Of a stretch of DNA of 44,362 nucleotides, positions 36,892-44,362 are shown piece after piece. The notes below the pieces were generated by a model. The model was not told the DNA's origin and did not search any database. It saw only the letters and a list, made by a program, of their open reading frames with translations. This DNA comes from a virus. The stretch lies in the UHGV virus genome UHGV-0253961. One strand, written 5' to 3'. Position 1 is the first letter of the stretch; every line of letters begins with the position of its first letter. A program made the translations under genes and the position numbers.

Positions 36892-37691
36892 TAACTTTCA
36901 TCTCCTAGCTCTTTCTCCATTTGAGCAATTACATCATCTGTTACAGATTTTTTATTTTTAGGTTTAATTTTATTTTCAGCCTCTTTTTTATTCTTAACGT
37001 TCTCTTTAGCCCAGTTGTTTAACACTTTGATTAGGTAACCTGCATGACAACCTTTGTCTTTTGTATAATTAGTAGCTACCTCAACAACTTCATCTGCATG
37101 TTCCCCAATATCATCAACTGCATATCCTATCTGTTCCATCTGATGAGGAGTTAAGTTATTATCAAGGTTATTCATGATGTAATTAATTGAATTTTTAAAG
37201 ACGTCGTCACTTCTATCTTCTTTATTCTTTTTCTTATTCTTATATTCTTCTTCTAATTCTTCTTCTGTATCGTTACGTAACGTTACTGTAACGTTATTCT
37301 CTAGTTGTTTTTGTTTTTCTCTATATCTTTGTTGTCGAAGTCGGTTCTTTTCTCTGTGCTTACTTTTACTATCTAAGCTTTGATGTTTTTCCCAATTAGT
37401 TACTTTAAAGACACCATTCACTTCTTCAATCATGCTTAGCTTTTCGAATGTTTGTAACGCTAATCTTATTGAATTGATAGGTCTATTAAATTCGTTAGCT
37501 AACATTTCTTCATTATAGGGTAGACTTTCGGATAACATAATGTATCCTTGTTCGTTGTACTTTCCAGCTAATGTCAGTAACTTAACCCATAAAGTGATGA
37601 TTGTATCTCGTTCTGGCAATGCTTCTATATACTTGATTTTGCTATCATCGAACATTCCGACTTTTAATTTAATCCACGATACTTCTGCCAT
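36891..37691 (-). CDS. Replisome organizer / replication initiation protein (phage_rep_org_N plus DnaD-like C-terminus)
   Basis: N-terminal SWIKLKVGMFDDSKIKYIEALPERDTIITLWVKLLTLAGK matches the phage replisome organizer N domain. The C-terminal part is DnaD/DnaB_2-like. Confidence 0.7.
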   Translation of the reverse strand: MAEVSWIKLKVGMFDDSKIKYIEALPERDTIITLWVKLLTLAGKYNEQGYIMLSESLPYNEEMLANEFNRPINSIRLALQTFEKLSMIEEVNGVFKVTNWEKHQSLDSKSKHREKNRLRQQRYREKQKQLENNVTVTLRNDTEEELEEEYKNKKKNKEDRSDDVFKNSINYIMNNLDNNLTPHQMEQIGYAVDDIGEHADEVVEVATNYTKDKGCHAGYLIKVLNNWAKENVKNKKEAENKIKPKNKKSVTDDVIAQMEKELGDES

Positions 37692-38358
37692 TTACTTCTC
37701 CTTTCAACATTCGGTTGAGTCGTTCATCTACGGACACCCAACTGTCATGTAATTTGTATTTCTCATTAAAACTGTCCATTCCTATTTGGTGCTGCTCTTT
37801 ATGATGTCTTGAACATAGCGCTAATACTTTGTTGTCTGTGTGATCTATCTTTCGTCTGTTACGTCCTCGACCTACTGCGTGATAATGTGCAAGTTCGGCA
37901 CGTGGTGTTCCGCATATTACACAGTTACGATTGACTGTTGACCAGTAAAGGAACGCTTTATCATTTTTGAGTAAGTCACTCGTCTTATAATTAAGTGGTA
38001 TATTGTTGTGAAACACCCAGTCGAGAATAACTTCTATAACTTGTTTAGCTTGTTCTCTAGTGCAGTCGCTCAATGAGAGGCGTTTTTCATAGCCGTAGAG
38101 GACTTCTACATAATCCATGAATAAATACCTCATATAGTCACGGGGTTGTCCTGTATATGCTTCTATGTCGTTACAGAGCGCAAATATCTTTCTGCGCTGC
38201 TTATCTGTAATCTTGAATGGATCTACAACTCTTACATCTGCTTCCACTTCGTAACCATTGTCTAAAAGTAAAGACGTTTTGTTATCTAGTTCTACTCCTT
38301 TGATGACTACAGTAGTTGTACCGTCATCTTCTGTAATGTAGTTTTTAATTACTACCAT
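37669..38358 (-). CDS. DUF968-like protein with a C-terminal HNH-like Cys/His zinc-finger
   Basis: C-terminal CVICG...HYHAVGRGRNRRKIDHTDNKVLALCSRHHKEQH. Confidence 0.45.
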   Translation of the reverse strand: MVVIKNYITEDDGTTTVVIKGVELDNKTSLLLDNGYEVEADVRVVDPFKITDKQRRKIFALCNDIEAYTGQPRDYMRYLFMDYVEVLYGYEKRLSLSDCTREQAKQVIEVILDWVFHNNIPLNYKTSDLLKNDKAFLYWSTVNRNCVICGTPRAELAHYHAVGRGRNRRKIDHTDNKVLALCSRHHKEQHQIGMDSFNEKYKLHDSWVSVDERLNRMLKGEVNGRSIVD

Positions 38359-38371
38359 CTAATCAGTCCAA

Positions 38372-38788
38372 TCAGAACGGCAACATATCATCGGTAATGT
38401 CAATAGGTCCATTTGCATTTGCGAATGGATTTTTACTTTTTGTCTGTGTAGTATGTTCTTGTTGTTTTTGAGGTTGGTTGTTACCTTTGCTATCTAAGAA
38501 TTCAATTCTATTTGCAATCACTCGTACTACTGAACGATTGTTACCTTCTTTATCTTGGAAACGGTCTTGCTTCAAGTTGCCTTCGATTAAAACTTTGCTT
38601 CCCTTACCGCAATAGTCGTTTAATAGTTGTGCAGTTTTGCCAAACGCTACGATGTCAAAGAATGATGTGTCATCTTTTTTGGATGGATTGTCCACTGCCA
38701 TAGAGAAGTTAGTTACTTGTGTTTGTCCTGCTTGTTTAAGTTCTAAATCTTTAGTGATACGTCCTGTCAAAATTGTTAAGTTAGTCAT
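38372..38788 (-). CDS. ssb: Single-stranded DNA-binding protein
   Basis: OB-fold pattern (LTGRITKDLELK...F.IVAFGK.AQ......KGS.VLIEG.L) and the acidic C-terminal tail DDMLPF. Confidence 0.9.
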   Translation of the reverse strand: MTNLTILTGRITKDLELKQAGQTQVTNFSMAVDNPSKKDDTSFFDIVAFGKTAQLLNDYCGKGSKVLIEGNLKQDRFQDKEGNNRSVVRVIANRIEFLDSKGNNQPQKQQEHTTQTKSKNPFANANGPIDITDDMLPF

Positions 38789-39474
38789 TATTTCGCCTCC
38801 GTATATTTTTTAGCCATTGTTTGAATTTTGTTGATTGTATTGATTGCTTGTTGTTCTGACATTGACGAATAGTTTTGTATGCCAAAAGTTTGTTCTGCTT
38901 GTTGTTGAGATACTTCTTTTCCTAACGATTTCATCAAGTCGACAAATTTAAGTATTTCTTCTTTTAGAACGCCGACTGTTTGACTACTTACTTTGTTGTA
39001 CTTTTCTTGCTTTTGTTTTGCGTCTGCGTCATCTTCATCAGTTGGGATATTGAAGAATTTCATTAAGAAATAACGTTCTGCGTACGTTAATGCCGTACCA
39101 TGTGCTTTCGATACATCATCTTGTTGACCTACAGAATAAAAGTTCACTTCAAGTTGTTCTTCTGGTTTATCTGCATTGATCCATAAATAAGTTAATTTCA
39201 TCTCAACAACAAACTCTGATGTTGTAACTTCTCGAGACGCTTTTTTGTTAAATCTAGTAACCTCGATTTGCTTGTAGTTTTCATCTGATGTTTTTGGTAC
39301 GAGTAATAGATTATGTTCAATCATCTTGTTTCTAATTCTGTGTAATACTTGAGATCCACTTACGTAACTGTAGTTGTAGCCTTTAGTGTCTTTCGTAAAC
39401 CCTTCGATATTAGCTTTAACGTCAGCTATTTTTTGGTATAAATTAAGTTCTTCAGTCATACTCAACCTCCTCAA
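38788..39474 (-). CDS. erf: ERF-family single-strand annealing recombinase
   Basis: KGYNYSYVSGSQVLHRIRNKM and ALTYAERYFLMKFFNIPTDEDD parallel the conserved blocks of P22 Erf. Confidence 0.7.
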   Translation of the reverse strand: MRRLSMTEELNLYQKIADVKANIEGFTKDTKGYNYSYVSGSQVLHRIRNKMIEHNLLLVPKTSDENYKQIEVTRFNKKASREVTTSEFVVEMKLTYLWINADKPEEQLEVNFYSVGQQDDVSKAHGTALTYAERYFLMKFFNIPTDEDDADAKQKQEKYNKVSSQTVGVLKEEILKFVDLMKSLGKEVSQQQAEQTFGIQNYSSMSEQQAINTINKIQTMAKKYTEAK

Positions 39475-39685
39475 ATTTAGTTGTTTCAGTTACCGTCTTT
39501 TTAATTGCTATGTGTTTTGTCATGTCAATAACAGTTTTATCTAAACCGTCAAAATCTTTAGCATCTCCACTACTTGTTGAATATTTGATTGTAGGAAAGT
39601 TCGCACTAGGTTTATTAGTGATATACAAGTCAAAAGGAGCGTCTTTCAGTTTAATTAGATATGTCACTGTTTCTTTCAATCCCAA
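39452..39685 (-). CDS. Hypothetical small protein (77 aa)
   Basis: ORF in the early operon. Confidence 0.4.
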   Translation of the reverse strand: MGLKETVTYLIKLKDAPFDLYITNKPSANFPTIKYSTSSGDAKDFDGLDKTVIDMTKHIAIKKTVTETTKFEEVEYD

Positions 39686-39926
39686 TCACTCCTTTACGCA
39701 ATATATCTATTGTTCTATCCATGACTTTGATTGTTTCGTTTTGTGTTTCGCATGATTCTATAGCTTTTCTGAAATCTTTTCTAAGTTCAAAATATCTATC
39801 GCACATATCTTCGTAACGTTTGTTTAAATAATCGTAATCGCTTTGCAAGAAATCTAAATCTGTTTGGCTCTTGATTAGTTGAGAGTATTCTTCTCTAGTC
39901 ATCTTGACTGTGATTAACTCTTGCAT
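39651..39926 (-). CDS. Hypothetical small coiled-coil protein (91 aa)
   Basis: ORF in the early operon. Confidence 0.4.
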   Translation of the reverse strand: MQELITVKMTREEYSQLIKSQTDLDFLQSDYDYLNKRYEDMCDRYFELRKDFRKAIESCETQNETIKVMDRTIDILRKGVIGIERNSDISN

Positions 39927-39980
39927 TTTCTCTCCTCCACTTGTATATTTAAGTTGTATATTTTAGTTAGTGTTTGACTG

Positions 39981-40157
39981 TTACTTGTTGGCGCAAGTTT
40001 CAGTCTTTTTTGTTATCTCAAGCCACTTCTCCCAGAAGAAACTGCTGAAAATAAGGGTTAACATTGAAAATGCTATTACCGTAAAGAAACCACCTCCTAA
40101 AAGTAATGTGATAATCATTGCGATAAACATCGTCATGTAGCTTAATAGATATTTCAT
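39981..40157 (-). CDS. Possible small two-TM membrane protein (58 aa: MKYLLSYMTMFIAMIITLLLGGGFFTVIAFSMLTLIFSSFFWEKWLEITKKTETCANK)
   Basis: Not in the ORF track because it is under 60 aa. The protein was translated by hand. Confidence 0.3.
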   Translation of the reverse strand: MKYLLSYMTMFIAMIITLLLGGGFFTVIAFSMLTLIFSSFFWEKWLEITKKTETCANK

Positions 40158-40222
40158 TTATCATCCTCTCCTTTCATTTCTAAAAGTTTTTCGATATATC
40201 CTCTTTCTTCGGTAAACCTCCT

Positions 40223-40441
40223 CTAAAGTGCCGTTTCTGGCACCATTAAATTTTGTTCTATAAAGTCAATTGCCGGTCTAATCTTGATGTAGCGTTTATG
40301 ATTCTTGCCAAATCTGTACATACATTTCTCTTGGAACTCTTTATTGCTATAAACGTGCTTTTCTAAATCGTTTTTAGAAATTCCACTTATTTTCACAAAC
40401 TCGATAGCGTCCGCAAATCCAATGTATTCCATTGCTATCAC
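40223..40441 (-). CDS. Hypothetical small protein (72 aa)
   Basis: ORF immediately downstream of the antirepressor. Confidence 0.45.
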   Translation of the reverse strand: MIAMEYIGFADAIEFVKISGISKNDLEKHVYSNKEFQEKCMYRFGKNHKRYIKIRPAIDFIEQNLMVPETAL

Positions 40442-40444
40442 TCC

Positions 40445-41161
40445 TTATACTTCGTTTTCAAAGTCCATTTCTAATTGTTTGATGACATACATTGTTGATT
40501 GAGATGGAAACCAATTTGTGATCATATTCATTACGTCATCGAAATGTTTTTGTTTTAATTGTGTTCTTGTTTTAATACCAGCCATCGTATTTACGTTACT
40601 GTTAATATCTCTATATAAAGGTTTGTTAACTTCTTTATTATTAGGTAGTCCGTGAATTTGTCTGATATAAGCAACGCGTTGATGAACTGTTTTTGTTATC
40701 AATCCGTATTCTCCTGCATCTAGCTTTTGATTTTCTTTGATATCAATAACATCTGCTTTCACTGTTGCAATTTCTTCTTTAGTTTGTTCCGTTGCTTCAA
40801 ACATCAGTTTTAATGCTTGCATTGGATCATTAGGTATTTGATAAGTTCCAGTTTTTCTTAATGTAGGTAAAACTTCTGATGTTACCCAGCGTTTGAAACG
40901 TTTAGCTGATTCTAATTTTGATGAGAATATTAAGCTGTATAATCCTGATTCGTTGATAATAGTTTGACTTTGTTTACCACCAAGGGTGTCGAGTTTCACG
41001 ACGTCCTTATCTTCACCGTCAACGTGTCTATATAATGCGTCTCTCGTGTTTGAGTAGCCCAAGATTTCCGCTACATCTTTACCGACGAAAAATGGTTCCT
41101 CATTTACTGTTAACGTCCTTACTGGTAATTCTTCAAAATTGAAAATTTGTAAATCTTGCAT
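40445..41161 (-). CDS. ant: Antirepressor (Bro-N domain plus KilA-C/Ant-type C-terminal domain). The true start is the internal Met MQDLQIF
   Basis: The Bro-N motif FNFEELPVRTL...PFFVGKDVAEILGYSNTRDAL is at the N-terminus. The ATG at 41161 has an AAAGGAGGAA RBS. The track's longer N-terminal extension would overlap cro. Confidence 0.75.
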   Translation of the reverse strand: MQDLQIFNFEELPVRTLTVNEEPFFVGKDVAEILGYSNTRDALYRHVDGEDKDVVKLDTLGGKQSQTIINESGLYSLIFSSKLESAKRFKRWVTSEVLPTLRKTGTYQIPNDPMQALKLMFEATEQTKEEIATVKADVIDIKENQKLDAGEYGLITKTVHQRVAYIRQIHGLPNNKEVNKPLYRDINSNVNTMAGIKTRTQLKQKHFDDVMNMITNWFPSQSTMYVIKQLEMDFENEV

Positions 41162-41174
41162 TTGAATTCCTCCT

Positions 41175-41390
41175 TTAATTTGTTTGTCGTTCTTTTTCTT
41201 TTTCAAAAAGATATTCAATGTCATACTCTGGAAAATATTCATTTTTAATAAGTAATGCCTCTCCAAATTTAAAATCAGAAACACCATTTATCTTATCTGC
41301 TACCGTTTGGTATCTGACTTCTAATAAGTCTGCTAAATCAACCAGAGATACTTTTTTCTCTTTTCTAATATCGTTGAAATTCTTCAACAT
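41175..41390 (-). CDS. cro: Cro-like HTH (XRE-family) repressor (71 aa, starting MLKNFNDIRKEKKVSLVDLADLL)
   Basis: HTH motif VSLVDLADLLEVRYQTVADKING. RBS AGGAGGGG upstream of the ATG at 41390. It is divergent from cI. The track ORF's first 58 aa run through the operator region and are rejected. Confidence 0.7.
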   Translation of the reverse strand: MLKNFNDIRKEKKVSLVDLADLLEVRYQTVADKINGVSDFKFGEALLIKNEYFPEYDIEYLFEKEKERQTN

Positions 41391-41404
41391 AGTACCCCTC
41401 CTAA

Positions 41405-41418
41405 TACGAATTTTCGTA
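41405..41418. promoter_or_regulatory. Operator 1: perfect 14-bp palindrome TACGAATTTTCGTA
   Basis: Perfect inverted repeat between cro and cI. An identical copy lies at 41469-41482. Confidence 0.6.
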
Positions 41419-41468
41419 TTCCAAATTATAATTTTTAGCAACCTTTCCGATTGCTTAACTAAAGTGTA

Positions 41469-41482
41469 TACGAATTTTCGTA
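41469..41482. promoter_or_regulatory. Operator 2: identical palindrome TACGAATTTTCGTA. It lies in the spacer of a candidate cro promoter (TTGACT-17-TACACT on the minus strand)
   Basis: Exact repeat of operator 1, 64 bp away. A -35-like TTGACT (reverse complement of 41485-41490) flanks it. Confidence 0.55.
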
Positions 41483-41525
41483 CTGAGTCAACACTAAAAT
41501 TCGCATTTTTTATTTTTATTTTTAC

Positions 41526-41554
41526 TTGATATACGATTTTTCGCATGGTATTAT
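41526..41554 (+). promoter_or_regulatory. Sigma-A-type promoter for cI: TTGATA, 17-nt spacer, TATTAT
   Basis: The -35 is at 41526-41531 and the -10 at 41549-41554, with exact 17-nt spacing, about 30 nt upstream of the cI RBS. Confidence 0.55.
41532..41545. promoter_or_regulatory. Operator 3: degenerate copy TACGATTTTTCGCA within the spacer of the cI promoter
   Basis: 11 of 14 nt match operators 1 and 2. It sits exactly between the -35 and -10 elements of the + strand promoter. Confidence 0.5.
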
Positions 41555-41586
41555 ATAGGTACAAATTAGAAATGAGGTAAACGAAA

Positions 41587-42198
41587 ATGACTAAAGAAAA
41601 AGATTTAAAACGACTTATGGAATTGAAATCTGGGAGTATAAAAGCTTTTTCAAAAGAAATTGGTTTAGCTTATACAACTGTTAGATCTATTTTAGAAAGA
41701 GGAGTATTTAATGCTAAGGTAGAAAATGTCATCAAAATTTGTAAAGGGTTAAATATTAAACCAGAGGAAATTATGGATATCGAGCAACCTCAACTAGAAA
41801 CCCTACCAGTCAAAAAGATTCCAGTTGTTTCAAAAATATCTGCAGGCTTACCTATCTATAGTGAAGAAAATTTAGTTGATTACATATACTTCGCTACTAA
41901 AAATCTTAATTCTGACAAAGAAGAATTTGGTTTGAGAGTGTCTGGCGATAGCATGGATAAAATTTTCCAAGAAAACGATGTAGTTGTAGTCGAAAAAGAT
42001 TCTATAGTAGAAAATGGTCAGTTGGGCGTCGTTATGGTTAATGGTTATAACGCTACTGTTAAACGAGTTAGATATAACAAGAATCAAATTATCTTAATTC
42101 CAGAATCAAACAACCCAGAACATTTACCTCAAGTTTACGGAGAAGATGACGAAGTTAAAATAATTGGTAGAGTTGTAGCAAGTCAAAAACTGTTTTAA
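41587..42198 (+). CDS. cI: CI-like repressor (N-terminal XRE HTH plus C-terminal S24 LexA-like peptidase domain)
   Basis: HTH at residues about 20-40. Ser-Lys dyad in GDSM...KRV. RBS GAGGT. Confidence 0.9.
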   Translation: MTKEKDLKRLMELKSGSIKAFSKEIGLAYTTVRSILERGVFNAKVENVIKICKGLNIKPEEIMDIEQPQLETLPVKKIPVVSKISAGLPIYSEENLVDYIYFATKNLNSDKEEFGLRVSGDSMDKIFQENDVVVVEKDSIVENGQLGVVMVNGYNATVKRVRYNKNQIILIPESNNPEHLPQVYGEDDEVKIIGRVVASQKLF

Positions 42199-42253
42199 TA
42201 AGCGTCCTTTGTGGCGCTTTAATATAAATATTTATTCAGAGGAGAAATGTAAA

Positions 42254-43198
42254 ATGAAAAAAGTCTTATTTATTTTATTATCTTGTTTCTTAGTTTTAGC
42301 GGCATGTAGCAACAACAATAACGATTCAAAAAAGTCGACGTCCGTTGATGAAAACAAAGTACAATTCACTAATGATACTTTAGTCCTTGATCAAGCTGTT
42401 TTAAAAATAAAAGATACATTTTTAGTTAATGATAAGGATTCGGATAATGGCAAGAAACTATTAGCTTTTAAATACGAAGTTAAAAGTAAAGACGGGGACG
42501 AACAAATCACACCAATGAATGTTTGGATAGCGTCGATGGAGACTACACAAGATAGTGAAAATACTGAAAGTAAACTTGAAGTTGGTCCAACGCCTAATAC
42601 TGGTAAATTCGAAGAATGGGACAAACACAACAATGATGTAATTAAGAAAGGTAAAACTGCTAAAGGTATTATTACTTATGAATTAGAAAATGATAAGCAA
42701 GTGACACTTAAAGCTACTAAAGGCACAGAGGGTAAAAAACTGGGTACCAAGAAAATAAATATTAGTAAACTAAAGACCGTAGATTATTCTGCAGCAGATG
42801 ATATTACAAACGATTCTGCTAGTAGTTCAAAAGAAGGCAATAAAGATGTTGCGAATAACGAATCAGAAAGCACATCTAAAAATGATAATGGCAAATCACA
42901 AGACAATAATGGTAATAATGAACGTATACAAGGTAAACAAACTCAAGCAACACAACAAAACAACAATCAGCAACAAGCTAATAACAACCAACAAACACAA
43001 AATAATAATGGTTACATGACCCAATCAGAAATTGACGAATGGAATAGAACGAAAACAACTACTCACAATGAGTCACAAATGGAGGAAGTACCGCAAAATA
43101 ATCAAAATCAACGTGTAGATCGTAGAAGTTTTAACGAACCATTGCCACGTTCAACTACAAATGGAGTGGCAAATGAGGCGTGGGACGGAAAAATATAA
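42254..43198 (+). CDS. Prophage lipoprotein with a C-terminal Q/N-rich low-complexity tail (314 aa from MKKVLFILLSCFLVLAACSNN). It is a candidate superinfection-exclusion factor
   Basis: Signal peptide with an LAAC lipobox. RBS GAGGAG 8 nt upstream of the ATG at 42254. A folded domain at residues about 30-190, then an N/Q/T-rich tail. A strong terminator lies downstream. Confidence 0.7.
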   Translation: MKKVLFILLSCFLVLAACSNNNNDSKKSTSVDENKVQFTNDTLVLDQAVLKIKDTFLVNDKDSDNGKKLLAFKYEVKSKDGDEQITPMNVWIASMETTQDSENTESKLEVGPTPNTGKFEEWDKHNNDVIKKGKTAKGIITYELENDKQVTLKATKGTEGKKLGTKKINISKLKTVDYSAADDITNDSASSSKEGNKDVANNESESTSKNDNGKSQDNNGNNERIQGKQTQATQQNNNQQQANNNQQTQNNNGYMTQSEIDEWNRTKTTTHNESQMEEVPQNNQNQRVDRRSFNEPLPRSTTNGVANEAWDGKI

Positions 43199-43206
43199 TA
43201 TTTCAT

Positions 43207-43240
43207 GGGTAGCTCGCCTACCCTTATTATTTTTTACTTT
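43207..43240 (+). terminator. Rho-independent terminator after the lipoprotein gene: GGGTAG-ctcgc-CTACCC followed by a long T-run
   Basis: Perfect 6-bp stem at 43207-43212 and 43218-43223, then TTATTATTTTTTACTTTTTTT. Confidence 0.7.
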
Positions 43241-43261
43241 TTTTAAGGAGGAACACGGAAA

Positions 43262-44311
43262 ATGGCAACATTTACAGTAACAAAACGCAAAAATAAGACA
43301 AGCTCATCATGGCAATACGATGTTAAACACCCTAGTTTGAAATCTGGCAAAAAACGTAAATCTGGATTTAAAACAAAAGCTGAGGCTACAAACGCAGCAC
43401 AACAATTAATTAGAGATTTAGAAGATGGCAACAACATTGAAGATAATAAAAAGTTCGTTGACTACTACGATGACTGGATAAAAATTAAGAACAAGAAACA
43501 GTTGTCTAGCAAACAATTCTACTGGTATGAAAGATCGATTAAATTATTCAGTGAGTATTTCGGAGAAAATATGTTAGTTAAAAATATCACACGTAGTGAG
43601 TATCAAAAGTTTTTAAATCAATACGCACAAGGTCACACTGATGAAACAGTAAGAAAAGTTCACGGTTGTCTTGCTAGATGTATTAGAGACGCGTTATACG
43701 ATGGCTATTTGAAGAAAGACCCTACTTATAATGTAAATATCAAAGGGACTGAAAAAGCTAAAGATGAGAAATTTAAGTTTATTACGATAAAAGACTATTT
43801 AAACTTGCTAGATTATTTCAAGAAAAGAGATGAAGAAAGTTATGTTTTGCTATATCTATTAGGCATTACTGGCGCAAGATATAGCGATGTCATCAATATG
43901 ACTTACAAAGACCTAAACAAAGCGAATGGCATAATTCATTTGCCTGGAACAAAAACAAAGAATTCAAAACGTGATGTAGAAGTTAATTCAAAAGATATCA
44001 TGCACATAAATTCAAAATTAGCTAAAATGCCGCGTAGAATTGATGGCAAGCTATTCTCGGTTAGTCATACATCAGTAAGTAAAGCATTTAGAAAAGCAAA
44101 AGAAGTGATAGGATTAAACGATAATAATATAACTCCCTATTCACTCAGACATACGCACACATCTTACTTACTATCTAAAGGCATACCAATCGAGTATATA
44201 AGTAAACGTTTAGGTCACGCTACTATATCACAAACGTTAGACACGTATTCACATTTATTAGAAGAACATAAAAAAGAGCAAGGCCAACGTGTCAGAGAAA
44301 TATTCTCTTGA
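43262..44311 (+). CDS. int: Tyrosine integrase (site-specific recombinase, phage integrase family)
   Basis: N-terminal arm-binding/SAM-like domain. The C-terminal catalytic region has R, H..R and Y (LRHTHTSYLLSKG, LGHATISQTLDTYSH). RBS AAGGAGG. The stop overlaps the att repeat. Confidence 0.9.
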   Translation: MATFTVTKRKNKTSSSWQYDVKHPSLKSGKKRKSGFKTKAEATNAAQQLIRDLEDGNNIEDNKKFVDYYDDWIKIKNKKQLSSKQFYWYERSIKLFSEYFGENMLVKNITRSEYQKFLNQYAQGHTDETVRKVHGCLARCIRDALYDGYLKKDPTYNVNIKGTEKAKDEKFKFITIKDYLNLLDYFKKRDEESYVLLYLLGITGARYSDVINMTYKDLNKANGIIHLPGTKTKNSKRDVEVNSKDIMHINSKLAKMPRRIDGKLFSVSHTSVSKAFRKAKEVIGLNDNNITPYSLRHTHTSYLLSKGIPIEYISKRLGHATISQTLDTYSHLLEEHKKEQGQRVREIFS

Positions 44312-44327
44312 CACTTATTTGACACTT
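44308..44327. repeat. attL/attR: Candidate attachment-site core, right copy (TTGACACTTATTTGACACTT), overlapping the integrase stop codon
   Basis: Direct repeat of 108-127 (18 of 20 nt). Typical overlap of the int 3' end with the attP core. Confidence 0.5.
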
Positions 44328-44362
44328 ACTCTCTCGAAAGCCCGTCATATCAACGGTATAGT

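Noticed and set aside
41391-41564. The N-terminal 58 codons of track ORF 41175-41564 (TTG start) and the N-terminal 42 codons of 40445-41287
   Set aside because: The extensions would run through the operator and promoter region, or through the cro coding sequence. Internal ATGs at 41390 (cro) and 41161 (ant) have strong RBSs. These give canonical HTH and Bro-N proteins starting at their domain boundaries.
42209-42253. A 15-codon N-terminal extension of the lipoprotein ORF (MWRFNINIYSEEKCK)
   Set aside because: No RBS. The ATG at 42254 is preceded by GAGGAG and begins a textbook lipoprotein signal peptide.
42880-43010. Repetitive CAA/AAT/AAC-rich DNA that could suggest a tandem repeat or CRISPR-like array
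   Set aside because: It is simply the codons of the Q/N-rich low-complexity protein tail. There are no regular spacers or direct repeats of constant length. No CRISPR array is present anywhere in the window.
43243-43437. A 64-aa minus-strand ORF across the integrase start
   Set aside because: It is antisense to the N-terminus of a well-supported integrase and overlaps its RBS and the upstream terminator. No signals are present.

Overview
This window is almost entirely one complete temperate siphovirus prophage of about 44.2 kb. It is of the Staphylococcus phi11/80alpha type, it is AT-rich, and it is integrated in reverse orientation relative to the window's + strand. Imperfect 20-bp direct repeats (TTGACACnTATTTGACACnT) at 108-127 and 44308-44327 look like attL/attR. 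The right copy overlaps the integrase stop codon.

Reading right to left, in the phage's direction of transcription, the modules are:
- tyrosine integrase (+)
- a lipoprotein cargo gene (+)
- CI-like repressor (+)
- a divergent operator region with three 14-bp palindromes
- Cro, antirepressor and small early genes
- ERF recombinase, SSB, a DUF968-like protein, replisome organizer and DnaB-like helicase
- a mosaic region with two freestanding HNH endonucleases, YopX, DUF3310 and an SNase-like nuclease
- trimeric dUTPase (phi11-type, with the extra motif)
- RinB and RinA late activators
- TerS and TerL
- portal, minor head protein, scaffold and major capsid
- connector and neck proteins, major tail protein, G/GT chaperones, tape measure, Dit and Tal (with a C-terminal SGNH esterase)
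- a beta-helix fibre, a BppU-like protein and an XkdW/XkdX/XhlA-like cluster
- a virion CHAP-glucosaminidase hydrolase split by a group I-type intron that carries an HNH-AP2 homing endonuclease
- two unknown genes, then holin and a CHAP-Ami3-SH3b-like endolysin
- a stand-alone moron cassette beside the att site, encoding a Zn-ribbon plus Vsr-like PD-(D/E)xK nuclease with a homing-endonuclease-type DNA-binding tail.

The most notable candidates for undescribed function are:
- the nuclease moron at the lysis-att junction
- the int-cI lipoprotein with a Q/N-rich tail
- the membrane-protein pair between rinB and rinA.

Every call rests on motif recognition and synteny read directly from the sequence. 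No database search was possible.
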